Shown here: in pieces, positions 9,934-18,496 of the stretch
Layout: each line of letters opens with the position of its first letter
Numbering within the stretch: position 1 is the stretch's first letter
Sequence record: NC_061444.1
Length of the DNA: 64,000 bases
Strand: one strand, 5' to 3'
Program-made: the position numbers and the translations under genes
Notes under the pieces: model-generated
Database searches by the model: none
What the model saw: only the letters and a program-made list of their open reading frames with translations
Told to the model about the DNA's origin: nothing

Positions 9934-10476
9934 ATGACGGAAAAGATTACGCAGTTGGCAAAGTGGTTTGATGCGGCGAAAGTCGCATTCAAGATGGGGA
10001 CAGTTAATCCAGACGGTGATGCTGCGTTGCTTCTGGCAATTCACAAACGTCTGATTAAAGAAGTCGAAGATGCTGGTGATGCAGAAACCAAAGCATTCGC
10101 TCAGACAAATCTGTCAGAGTTCATTTCGGATCTGCGCATAGAGCTGCGCATGTTCGACCTGATCTGCAGGCGCTTCAACACTGACCTGTACCCTCAGATC
10201 AAAATCGGCGATGACGTCAAAATCTATATCGCGCTCATGGCTCAAACGCCGGGCAGTGCTGTAATGGCAATGACGTACCTGTATCTTGCTCGCTGCTACA
10301 CGCTGCAAGACATGATCTTAAACTTCCTCCCGAACGGCTTCCCGGCCTCAGATGCTCTCGGTCTTACGTGGAGCATTCAGAAAGGGAACAGTGATGCGTT
10401 CACCGGAAATCTGGTGGACGATATCGAAACTGTAAATAGCCTGTACAATAAGATGTATAGCTCAGGAGAGAAGTAA
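9934..10476 (+). CDS. hypothetical protein (180 aa)
   Basis: SD gagga, long ORF in operon. Confidence 0.65.
   Translation: MTEKITQLAKWFDAAKVAFKMGTVNPDGDAALLLAIHKRLIKEVEDAGDAETKAFAQTNLSEFISDLRIELRMFDLICRRFNTDLYPQIKIGDDVKIYIALMAQTPGSAVMAMTYLYLARCYTLQDMILNFLPNGFPASDALGLTWSIQKGNSDAFTGNLVDDIETVNSLYNKMYSSGEK
10429..10438 (+). promoter_or_regulatory. putative phage promoter, CTGTAAA class
   Basis: ACTGTAAATA 37 nt before the macrodomain ATG. Confidence 0.5.
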
Positions 10477-11063
10477 TGGATTTGTCTGCAATCGGTTACG
10501 CTTCGAAACAGTTCCGAGTAATCCCCGTTGAGAAGGGAAATCTCGTGACTGATTTTATTCAAGGTAAGTTCCGCGTTATCGGTGTTGAGTGCAATGCCCG
10601 TGGTGCTTACGGTAGTCCTATCCAGCAGAGTATCGCACGGCGCTTCCCGGAAGTCATGCGCAAAGTCGAATCAGTTGACTACGAGCATGAACTGACTATC
10701 GGTAAGACTCATCTTATTCGTGTTGGTACTCAACACCGCCGCAATCTGTTTGTTGCTAACATGCACATTGCTCGCGGTTTCGGTCTGGGCCTCAATCGCA
10801 CTATGTCCGAAGGCCCGATCAACCGTTTCAGTGAGCAGCACCTGACGCGAGCGTTTGAACATCTGATTGAACAGTGTGATAAAGAGAACATCGCACTCGA
10901 CCGTCAGATCGCTATTCAGCGCTTCTATGGTGGACTCGGCGGAGTTTCGTGGGAAGAAGTATGTGTAGTCCTTGATGCTATCTGTGAAAAGCACAAGTTC
11001 AACATGTACGCGTACCTACCACGTAACTACAATTCTAACTACGTGCGTGGTAGCGCGAACTAA
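10476..11063 (+). CDS. macrodomain (ADP-ribose binding/hydrolase-like) protein
   Basis: KGNLV...VECNARGAYGSPIQQSIARRFP and IAIQRFYGGLGGVSWEEV resemble T4 Tk.4/Poa1-type macrodomains. Confidence 0.7.
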   Translation: MDLSAIGYASKQFRVIPVEKGNLVTDFIQGKFRVIGVECNARGAYGSPIQQSIARRFPEVMRKVESVDYEHELTIGKTHLIRVGTQHRRNLFVANMHIARGFGLGLNRTMSEGPINRFSEQHLTRAFEHLIEQCDKENIALDRQIAIQRFYGGLGGVSWEEVCVVLDAICEKHKFNMYAYLPRNYNSNYVRGSAN

Positions 11064-11078
11064 CTCTGGGGTGTATTG

Positions 11079-11420
11079 ATGAATACAATACGCGGATTTG
11101 ATTGGCTCTTTTACGGAGATGGAACCGATAGCGGCCAACACTCAATTTTAAGTATCGTCGTTGAACAAGCGGCGAAATCAATACAGGTGGAAGTAGAACA
11201 AGGAAGTGCCGTGCCTGTAATTCAAGCGATTCAGGAAAACGAAGTCCTGTACGCGCAGACGGACGAAGGGCTTTATCGCGTTCGTTACAGTTGTTCGTTC
11301 CGTGGTCTTGACCCGAACTTCTTCCCGCAAGACAAAACGACATTCCGTTTGAAGCTCATCTCGTTTGAGTTTCTTCCGGGAGTTACTACGCACGATAAGC
11401 TGTTGGAGTACGTGCCATGA
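11079..11420 (+). CDS. hypothetical protein
   Basis: ORF in operon. Confidence 0.6.
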   Translation: MNTIRGFDWLFYGDGTDSGQHSILSIVVEQAAKSIQVEVEQGSAVPVIQAIQENEVLYAQTDEGLYRVRYSCSFRGLDPNFFPQDKTTFRLKLISFEFLPGVTTHDKLLEYVP

Positions 11421-12178
11421 TTACTGTGCAGAAAATTGAAGCCCGTTTAAAAAGACTGGACTATACTCGCCCCTCACCTAGTCGTGAGATGCTTGAGGGA
11501 CTTATGAAAGATGGACGCACTCGCATTCTTAGCAAATCAGCTTCGAGTGACCTGTGCAAAGACTCGATGGAATACTTCGAGTTCTGCCTTTCGCAAGTCG
11601 GCTCTTTCTGTACTGCGTCGTACAATGCTGTGGAGATTGGTCTGTCTCTCAACATTCAACCGATTTATATCGCTGCTGCTATTCACCTGTACGGTAGCGA
11701 TTGGCAGTTCCGTTTCCTTGAGCTTAAACGTTTCGGTCTGCTTGCTCGTGGTGATTACTCTGTGTGGAAGTCTGCTGACGCATGGTTCGGCCTGGGTGAA
11801 TGTCGTCGTCGCTTAGTACGTGCTGGTGTGACGAACGAAATCTCCAGCGGTCAGTCTGAGCTTCGCATGGCAGTACGCAAAGGTGAGCTGGACAAGATTC
11901 GTGAGATTGCCAAGAAGTTTCCGCATCGCATGATGTCCATTCTCGACGTGAAGCGTGACCCACTGTATAACGATCCTCGTATTGCGGCATCACGTAAAGC
12001 GCGTGAGAAAGCAAAGGCAGAAGCTGCTGCTGCCGGTAAGAAGCTGGCTGAACCTCGTTCGTACTCTGACCTGAGCGCTGTGTTCAACGGAGCAATCGCG
12101 CCTCGTAATACTGATCGTGGGTTTAGCGATTCGTCAGAAACTCGCGGTACGGTGAACGGTCGTCGTTTTCGTGTCTGA
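11417..12178 (+). CDS. hypothetical protein (253 aa)
   Basis: ATGA-coupled ORF, basic C-terminus. Confidence 0.65.
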   Translation: MITVQKIEARLKRLDYTRPSPSREMLEGLMKDGRTRILSKSASSDLCKDSMEYFEFCLSQVGSFCTASYNAVEIGLSLNIQPIYIAAAIHLYGSDWQFRFLELKRFGLLARGDYSVWKSADAWFGLGECRRRLVRAGVTNEISSGQSELRMAVRKGELDKIREIAKKFPHRMMSILDVKRDPLYNDPRIAASRKAREKAKAEAAAAGKKLAEPRSYSDLSAVFNGAIAPRNTDRGFSDSSETRGTVNGRRFRV

Positions 12179-12191
12179 TAACTGCGAACGG

Positions 12192-12198
12192 TAATTTC
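12192..12198 (+). promoter_or_regulatory. putative phage promoter, TAATTT class, ahead of the cmoA operon
   Basis: GTAATTTC in the 50-nt intergenic gap, 30 nt before the ATG, same spacing as other copies. Confidence 0.4.
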
Positions 12199-12228
12199 TG
12201 CTGTCAAAACAAATAACGGAAACCTCCA

Positions 12229-12999
12229 ATGAGCAACATTGATAATACAATGCCTGAGGGCAAGTGGGAGTTCAACGAGCCTGTTGCTGCTGTGTTTGAT
12301 AACATGCTGCAAAACTCAATCCCGTCGTATGGCCGTATGCGCGACTTGACCTATCGTCTGGGTCGTCAGTTCGTCACGCCCGGTACTGCTATCGTTGACC
12401 TCGGAGCTTCTCTGGGTCGTGCTATTGAGCCGTTCTGCAAAGAGTTCGGCGAGTACATCTACGTTCACGCTGCTGACCGTCCTGAGCCAGATCGTGAAAT
12501 CGGTAACATGTACTGCTGCTACGAAGTCGCTCCTGCGATGCTTGAACGCCTGCGTGAAAACGAAGTGCTGAAAGCGGCCAAAGCGAAAATCAGTAGCGAA
12601 TCGCTGGTGGACGTTGACACGTTCCGCTTCGACGAACAGGTTGAGTGCTCGCTCATTCTGTCTGTACTCACTCTCCAGTTCACGCCGATTGAACATCGTC
12701 AACACGTCCTTGAGAAAGTCTATGACTCTCTTGCAAAAGGCGGTGCGTTCATTCTCGTTGAGAAGGTTCTCGGTGACGACAACTTCCTCGACCGTCTGCT
12801 GGTGGACACGTACTATCACATGAAAGGCGACAACGGCTACACGCAAGAATCTATTGCATGTAAGCGTAAGTCACTCGAAGGTATTCTGGTGCCTGTCAAA
12901 GCTGCATGGAACGAAGAACTGCTGCGCAAAGCGGGCTTCAACCGTGTAGAATGTTTCTACCGCGATCTCAACTTCGCCGGATGGATCGCAATTAAGTAA
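12229..12999 (+). CDS. cmoA: CmoA-like carboxy-SAM synthase
   Basis: WEFNEPVAAVFDNMLQNSIPSY, VDLGASLG, TLQF, GGAFILVEK, KRKSLE and LNF align along the full length with bacterial CmoA; the KR Arg is kept. Confidence 0.88.
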   Translation: MSNIDNTMPEGKWEFNEPVAAVFDNMLQNSIPSYGRMRDLTYRLGRQFVTPGTAIVDLGASLGRAIEPFCKEFGEYIYVHAADRPEPDREIGNMYCCYEVAPAMLERLRENEVLKAAKAKISSESLVDVDTFRFDEQVECSLILSVLTLQFTPIEHRQHVLEKVYDSLAKGGAFILVEKVLGDDNFLDRLLVDTYYHMKGDNGYTQESIACKRKSLEGILVPVKAAWNEELLRKAGFNRVECFYRDLNFAGWIAIK

Positions 13000-13009
13000 G
13001 GGAAGTAGC

Positions 13010-14272
13010 ATGAAAGTAAACGGGCGTATCTTAGCAATCGTACCGCACAAGACTCTGGCTGATCGCACGAAGTCTGGTGTTGGTGCTTACATCGACGGAC
13101 TCGAAGCGTATGGCTTCTGCGACTTCATCACTGACGGTGAGAACAGTTCCGTAACCAAGAGCTTGTGGTTTAACTACGGTGACACCACGCTGAGTGATGG
13201 TTACAAAGTAGGGCACATTCAAAGTGAACTGCTTGCTGCTCTTGAGCGTCATCCGTATCGTGCAATCATTTGCAGCACATACGAAGCGATTGAAGCTGCT
13301 GTCGGTCTGGGCTTGCCAAAGATTATGCCCGTTTACTATCGTTCGCATAACAGCTTCCTGTTGACGCAAGATCTCAATGGTCTCGGTGCTGAGAAGATTC
13401 ACCGTGCTCTACTGCAAGCTGGCGTAACTGGTCTGCGTGTGTTAGCGAACTGTGATTCAACTGCAAACAATCTGGCATCACGTTATCCTGTTGCTGCGTC
13501 TGTCGCGTACAACTCGTTCAACGTGCCTGACTACAATCCACCAGCAAAGCGCAAGCCGACGCTGTTGATTATCTGTCGCTACGAAAAGGTTAAGCGCCCT
13601 GCGTTTGCTGCTCGTATCGCTGCTGCATCTGGTCTGCCTGTTCGTGTGATGACGGGCAGTGATCGCCAAGTTAAAAGCTGGCAGAAAGAATTGACCGATG
13701 CTGGTGTCAAAGACCATACAGTCGTTAGCGGTATCAGCGGCAAAGAGAAACTTGAGTTCATCGGTGCTTGTACCGTGGCTCTCTCCTGCGCTGAAATCGA
13801 ATCGTTCGCTAACGGTGTGCGTGAGTCTATCCCGTACTGCCCAACGTTCATCGTGCAAACATCGAAGTTCGACTGGGCGAAAGATTACACACGCTTCTGC
13901 TCTCTGGACAAACACATCCACGTTCGCACTGTTGACCGTGTGACAGAGCAGGAAGTCACTGAGCTGGGTAATGAGATTGCTTACTGGGCTACTACTCGCT
14001 ACCTGAACAATGCTCAACGTAAAGACTTGATGACCAAGTGGGTTGCTCAAGTCGATAAGGGCTGGGCTGACTTTATGAAGAATGCCGTTGTTGCTGATGA
14101 CGGCAAGCCCCTGAAAACTGACCTGTCGAAAGAACTCGAACAAAAAGGCGTAGTAGACTGGTCAGAAGTACCTGCGCTTATGCGTACTGTAAAAGCATTA
14201 CACAAATGCCATGCTCGTATGGGCCTGACATTCGATGGCACCAAAATCAAAACTAAAGGAAGAAAGAAATGA
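13010..14272 (+). CDS. GT-B fold glycosyltransferase (GT4-like)
   Basis: N-terminal SGVGAYI, ICRYEKVKRP, E-x7-E motif ESFANGVRE. Confidence 0.75.
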   Translation: MKVNGRILAIVPHKTLADRTKSGVGAYIDGLEAYGFCDFITDGENSSVTKSLWFNYGDTTLSDGYKVGHIQSELLAALERHPYRAIICSTYEAIEAAVGLGLPKIMPVYYRSHNSFLLTQDLNGLGAEKIHRALLQAGVTGLRVLANCDSTANNLASRYPVAASVAYNSFNVPDYNPPAKRKPTLLIICRYEKVKRPAFAARIAAASGLPVRVMTGSDRQVKSWQKELTDAGVKDHTVVSGISGKEKLEFIGACTVALSCAEIESFANGVRESIPYCPTFIVQTSKFDWAKDYTRFCSLDKHIHVRTVDRVTEQEVTELGNEIAYWATTRYLNNAQRKDLMTKWVAQVDKGWADFMKNAVVADDGKPLKTDLSKELEQKGVVDWSEVPALMRTVKALHKCHARMGLTFDGTKIKTKGRKK

Positions 14273-15303
14273 GCGTGATTGGTGATATCTATAACATTCC
14301 TCAACCGTATGCGATGTACTGCGGCAATGCCAAAACCAAAGCAATGGCAAAGATTACTGCCGGTATGGTTGAGTGGGCTCCTGAGAAGGTATGTTGTGTA
14401 GTCGAAGACGCTGAACGTTTGTTCGCTGACGTACCGTGTGTTGAAGTGCGCGATCTCGATAAGACCGACGCTGAAACTCTGGTTATCGGCTTTGCGCCAT
14501 TTGGCGGTCAGATTAACGACGACATTGATCGCGTTGTCTGCGAAGCATTAAAGCGCGGTCTGAACGTTGCTGCTGCTCTGCACGTCAAACTGGCAGACAA
14601 TCCTAAATACTTCGCGCTCGCTCGTGAGCACGGTGTATCACTGTATGACTTCCGCCATCACCCTGAGCAATATCCTCTGGGCACCGGTATTCGTCGTGAC
14701 GGTATTCGCGTTCTGACTGTTGGCACCGACTGCTCCTGCGGTAAGAAATTCACTGCGCTCGCTCTGACCAAGAAGCTGACCGAGATGAGTCAGAAAGCTG
14801 TGTTCTGTGCTACAGGCCAGACAGGCTTCTTGATTAGCGGTCGTGGCATCAACAACGACACTGTGGTTGCTGACTTCCTTGCTGGTGCTGCTGAGTGGCT
14901 TTCACCTGATGACAAAGACGCAATCTATTTGATTGAAGGTCAAGGCGCTATTCGTCACCCTGCGTATACTGGCGGCAGCATGAGTCTGATTGCTGGCTCG
15001 CAACCTGATGCGCTCGTTATGTGTCACACTGTTGGCCGTAACGTCATGATGGGCACTGAGCGCGAGATCAGTATCACGGACGAAATCTCTGCTAACCTTG
15101 CAGCGGCTGCGATGCACGACTGGTACCCTCGCGTTGTTGGTATCAGTATCAACTTCTGCGAGTCTGGTATGAACAAAGAACAGCGCAAGAAGTATCTGGC
15201 GACTATTGAGCGTAACATCGGCTACGTAGCGTTCGACCCGCAAGAAGGTGGCGAAGCATTTGACCGTGTTGCTACTACCATCGCGTTGCTGTCGCGCCCA
15301 TGA
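14269..15303 (+). CDS. DUF1611 family protein (DgcN-like)
   Basis: GFAPFGGQI, VLTVGTDCSCGKKFTA, ATGQTG, DFLAGAAE, IEGQGAIRHPAY, GSQPDALVMCH. Confidence 0.88.
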   Translation: MSVIGDIYNIPQPYAMYCGNAKTKAMAKITAGMVEWAPEKVCCVVEDAERLFADVPCVEVRDLDKTDAETLVIGFAPFGGQINDDIDRVVCEALKRGLNVAAALHVKLADNPKYFALAREHGVSLYDFRHHPEQYPLGTGIRRDGIRVLTVGTDCSCGKKFTALALTKKLTEMSQKAVFCATGQTGFLISGRGINNDTVVADFLAGAAEWLSPDDKDAIYLIEGQGAIRHPAYTGGSMSLIAGSQPDALVMCHTVGRNVMMGTEREISITDEISANLAAAAMHDWYPRVVGISINFCESGMNKEQRKKYLATIERNIGYVAFDPQEGGEAFDRVATTIALLSRP

Positions 15304-16235
15304 TAGTCCTAATCGACAACGCTGCGTTAGCGAGTAATGCAGCGTATTTAAAATCACTCGCACCGACCATGATTCCAGTTGTGAAAGGTAATTTCTATGG
15401 GCATGGTTTAGATTGCGTGGCAGCGTTCGCGTCTGACTTTGACGTGCTTGCAGTGCATAACGTCCGAGAGGCATTGACGCTGCGTGAGCTTGGACTTGAC
15501 CACACGCTGCTGATTCTCGGTGGTACTGACGCGCGTATGTGGAATATAGTTCCTGTATTGAATGCAGCGCAAGCCTCAACGTATGAAGGCCAGTATGCTG
15601 TGTTTGCTGATTGGGGCTGTCGTCGTATCAATGTCAGCCCTGGCCAACTTACCAGTCGCCCAGCTCTCGTTCTCATTCACTCTGAGGACTACCGTCAGCC
15701 TGTGTCTGCGCACACTGCTAACGAGATTGCTGTGCGTTACAACATGCCGCGCTCTCGATTGTCTGTAGGCTCAAGCATGAATGCGCTTACACCAGACGCG
15801 CCGAAGTTGATGCCGCGTGTTGGTATGGCACTTACCGGTTATAGCAGTGATGAAACTGTTAACGGTAATTTGATCGTAGCGAAGACAGTGCTTGCTCGCA
15901 TCTGCGATAAGCTGGATGCTGGTCGAGTATTTGGTTACGGTGCATTAGTGCCTAACAGCGCACACATGTTCCTGTATTCGATTGATGTGGGTTATTACGA
16001 TAACTTATATCAGTCAGAGAACAACACGCCTGTGCATTGCCCTACTGTGCCACACGCTAAGGTCACGTTGCTTACTGGCGTTGCGCGATCAATCAGCATG
16101 AACCATGCCTTCGTATTGTCAGATACTGAGCTACCGTTCGACTCTGAAATTGAATTGCTTGGACCGAACGTTCGCGCAGATTATCTGGCCAAACTTCACG
16201 GAACAACAACTGCGAATATTTTAAGGCTGGGTTAA
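15300..16235 (+). CDS. alr: alanine racemase-like PLP enzyme (fold type III)
   Basis: IPVVKGNFYGHG (PLP Lys), EALTLRELG, RVGMALTG, FGYG, VGYYD, ISMN; shorter than typical Alr. Confidence 0.8.
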   Translation: MIVLIDNAALASNAAYLKSLAPTMIPVVKGNFYGHGLDCVAAFASDFDVLAVHNVREALTLRELGLDHTLLILGGTDARMWNIVPVLNAAQASTYEGQYAVFADWGCRRINVSPGQLTSRPALVLIHSEDYRQPVSAHTANEIAVRYNMPRSRLSVGSSMNALTPDAPKLMPRVGMALTGYSSDETVNGNLIVAKTVLARICDKLDAGRVFGYGALVPNSAHMFLYSIDVGYYDNLYQSENNTPVHCPTVPHAKVTLLTGVARSISMNHAFVLSDTELPFDSEIELLGPNVRADYLAKLHGTTTANILRLG

Positions 16236-16237
16236 TC

Positions 16238-17107
16238 ATGGCTAAACACGTTTTGCGTAAGCTGTTTGAGCAGCACGTTAAGCAAGAGGTTAAAGCGGAC
16301 AAAGTTGCAGTGCTGCTGTCAAGCGGCCTTGATGGACTTGTCAGTGCTCTTGCTGCCCACGACTTAGGAAAGAAGGTACATGCCTTTACTTTCCAGATGG
16401 GTGACAACGAAAGTTTTGACAGCAAACACGCACGTAAAGTAGCAGAGAAGATGGGCTGGGAGTTCACGCTTGTGAAAGTTCCTACGTCCGACACTGCTAT
16501 CGCTCAGGGCTGGCGCACACTTCACGCCAAGTATCGCTGTATCAAAAAGCGTGACTACGAGTGTGCTTACCCTATGGTGTATTGCTACAAGGCAATCAAA
16601 GAAGCAGGTTACAAGTACGTTCTCAGCGGCCTTGTTGCTGACGCTTACTTCTGCTTTGCGCGTAATACCCACATCGCAAAAATCAGCGGCCCGCATAGCG
16701 TACTCGAAAAGTTCGACGAGTATCGCAAAGAGTATTGGGCGCCGTGGTTCAAGAACGGTAAGAAGTCTCTCGGCGTTGACGGCTATAATCCAAGTGGTAT
16801 GCTGCAACACGAAATGCTGTGCGACACTTTCGGCCTGACTCACGTTAACCCGTGGCTGTTGAAAAAAGTCCATGACTACTTCATCGGTCGTTCGTGGCAA
16901 GAACTAAATCAACCCAAGCAGAAAATGCCAATAACAGAAGCCTGGGCTGATCACATCGCTGTGGTAGGGCATCGTCCTCACCGTGGCTATCAAACAGAAG
17001 CTGGAGTACCTGCGTACTTCGAACGCTTACTGGATAATCCTGAGATCAACTTCAACGGTCGCAAGCGTGTTATGGACCTTGCGCGTGATTGGTCAACGAG
17101 GACTTAA
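16238..17107 (+). CDS. asparagine synthase C-terminal-domain-like ATP-dependent amide ligase (no glutaminase domain)
   Basis: PP-loop VLLSSGLDG, VLSGLVADAYF (cf. SGEGADELF), NPWL (cf. PFLD). Confidence 0.75.
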   Translation: MAKHVLRKLFEQHVKQEVKADKVAVLLSSGLDGLVSALAAHDLGKKVHAFTFQMGDNESFDSKHARKVAEKMGWEFTLVKVPTSDTAIAQGWRTLHAKYRCIKKRDYECAYPMVYCYKAIKEAGYKYVLSGLVADAYFCFARNTHIAKISGPHSVLEKFDEYRKEYWAPWFKNGKKSLGVDGYNPSGMLQHEMLCDTFGLTHVNPWLLKKVHDYFIGRSWQELNQPKQKMPITEAWADHIAVVGHRPHRGYQTEAGVPAYFERLLDNPEINFNGRKRVMDLARDWSTRT

Positions 17108-17108
17108 T

Positions 17109-17729
17109 ATGTTAGTACACATCATTGACGGAAGCGTAGGCGGTAACTATGTATTCCATAATCTGCAAGAGGCTGGTATCAACGCGCGTGTTCATGCTCC
17201 TAGTGATCCACGTCGCCGCGCAGTAGCAGCAACCTATCCTTCGCTGTCTATGGGATTTACTCCCGAAGAGATTGAGAAGCATATCGGTAATGTGCTTGGC
17301 ACGTATCGCGGTCTGTTCTTGATTAGCAGCTATGTTGGTTCGCTGGTGGCTCGCAGTATGATTGACCAGTGTGGTCAGAGTCATAACATCATCTACTGCG
17401 ATGATCTCAAGTGCGGGTCTACGCCTGTCGTTGCTTCCTCGATTTCTGTAAATGTCTATCAGAAGCAACGACAACTCGGACGCATTGCAGGTCGAATCAA
17501 ACACTTCGACTTCGACCATGAGTTCATTGTAGCTGACAAGGCTGTGCGTTTTGCAGCAGGGTCAGAATTTGATGAGCATGGTGCGCGTGAAGAACTGGAC
17601 GACACGCCCAAGTTCTTATCGAGTCCGTCAATGATTGTTGCTGCACACAAACTCGGTGTGAAGCGCAACGTGTATCACAACTACGCTGGTCTGGTGCAAG
17701 AGTTCCTTGAAAAGTGCCAGCAGCAATAA
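17109..17729 (+). CDS. hypothetical protein, degenerate Glu/Asp racemase (MurI)-like
   Basis: N-terminal IIDGSVGG resembles MurI VIDSGVGG; LISSYVGSLVA sits where IACNTASA would be; ATG 1 nt after the upstream stop. Confidence 0.45.
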   Translation: MLVHIIDGSVGGNYVFHNLQEAGINARVHAPSDPRRRAVAATYPSLSMGFTPEEIEKHIGNVLGTYRGLFLISSYVGSLVARSMIDQCGQSHNIIYCDDLKCGSTPVVASSISVNVYQKQRQLGRIAGRIKHFDFDHEFIVADKAVRFAAGSEFDEHGAREELDDTPKFLSSPSMIVAAHKLGVKRNVYHNYAGLVQEFLEKCQQQ

Positions 17730-17741
17730 CGCGAGGGTACG

Positions 17742-18005
17742 ATGATCAATCGCTTTCAGTTAAAACGAGTTCCAGTGATTGAAGCATGTCAGTGGAACGG
17801 AGAGAACGTTGAGGAGATGAATCAGTTTCTCAACGGAGGTGGTTACGTTGTAGGTCGTTATGTCCAGATTGGTGTGACGGACAAACAGGGTAACCCAACT
17901 CTGGCTAACGTAGCAGTAGGCAACTACGCAGTGAAAGACGAAGACGGCAAGTACGGCGCAATCACCGCATCAGAGTTGATGGACCTTTACGTACTGGCGG
18001 ATTGA
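17742..18005 (+). CDS. conserved phage hypothetical protein
   Basis: PVIEACQWNGEN motif typical of a small phage family. Confidence 0.65.
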   Translation: MINRFQLKRVPVIEACQWNGENVEEMNQFLNGGGYVVGRYVQIGVTDKQGNPTLANVAVGNYAVKDEDGKYGAITASELMDLYVLAD

Positions 18006-18012
18006 GGAACAC

Positions 18013-18468
18013 ATGAATCTTTTCTCTATTTTAAAACAGCAAGTGAAGAAAGCGCTGTCTACCGAAGCGAACCACGAACCAGAAATTCGCGCTTTGTTTG
18101 ACTGGCGTTACTCAGTTGAAATCAAAGGTCAGATGTATATCGTCGGCAAGACAGGAGCAAACACCTGCTTCTATATCGAGCCGGGAACGTCTGAACCTAT
18201 CGCCTGTTACCCCGATGCGTTACTGGACAAGATCGACCAGTGGGGTTCAGGCAAGTACGTGTCGTATGCGATCTACTTCAAACGCTTCGAAAGCCCTGTT
18301 GCTGAGAACATCAAAAGTCTCGAAAAGGTAATGACAGGTAAACCGAAGACGTTTAAGAAAGGTTACTTCATCTGTGGCGTTACGCCGAAAGGCAAGCGCG
18401 TCAAGCTCTATCGTCTTCAACAGGGACTGAGCGGAATGCAGTGGGTAGCAGTGGAACCTAAAAAGTAA
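18013..18468 (+). CDS. hypothetical protein (151 aa)
   Basis: SD gagga. Confidence 0.65.
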   Translation: MNLFSILKQQVKKALSTEANHEPEIRALFDWRYSVEIKGQMYIVGKTGANTCFYIEPGTSEPIACYPDALLDKIDQWGSGKYVSYAIYFKRFESPVAENIKSLEKVMTGKPKTFKKGYFICGVTPKGKRVKLYRLQQGLSGMQWVAVEPKK

Positions 18469-18496
18469 TCACGGACTGTCCGTGTGAGGAGCAAGT

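Noticed and set aside
15386-17454. Intragenic TAATTT and CTGTAAA copies (about 15387, 15866, 17445)
   Set aside because: Hundreds of nt from any start codon; compatible with chance
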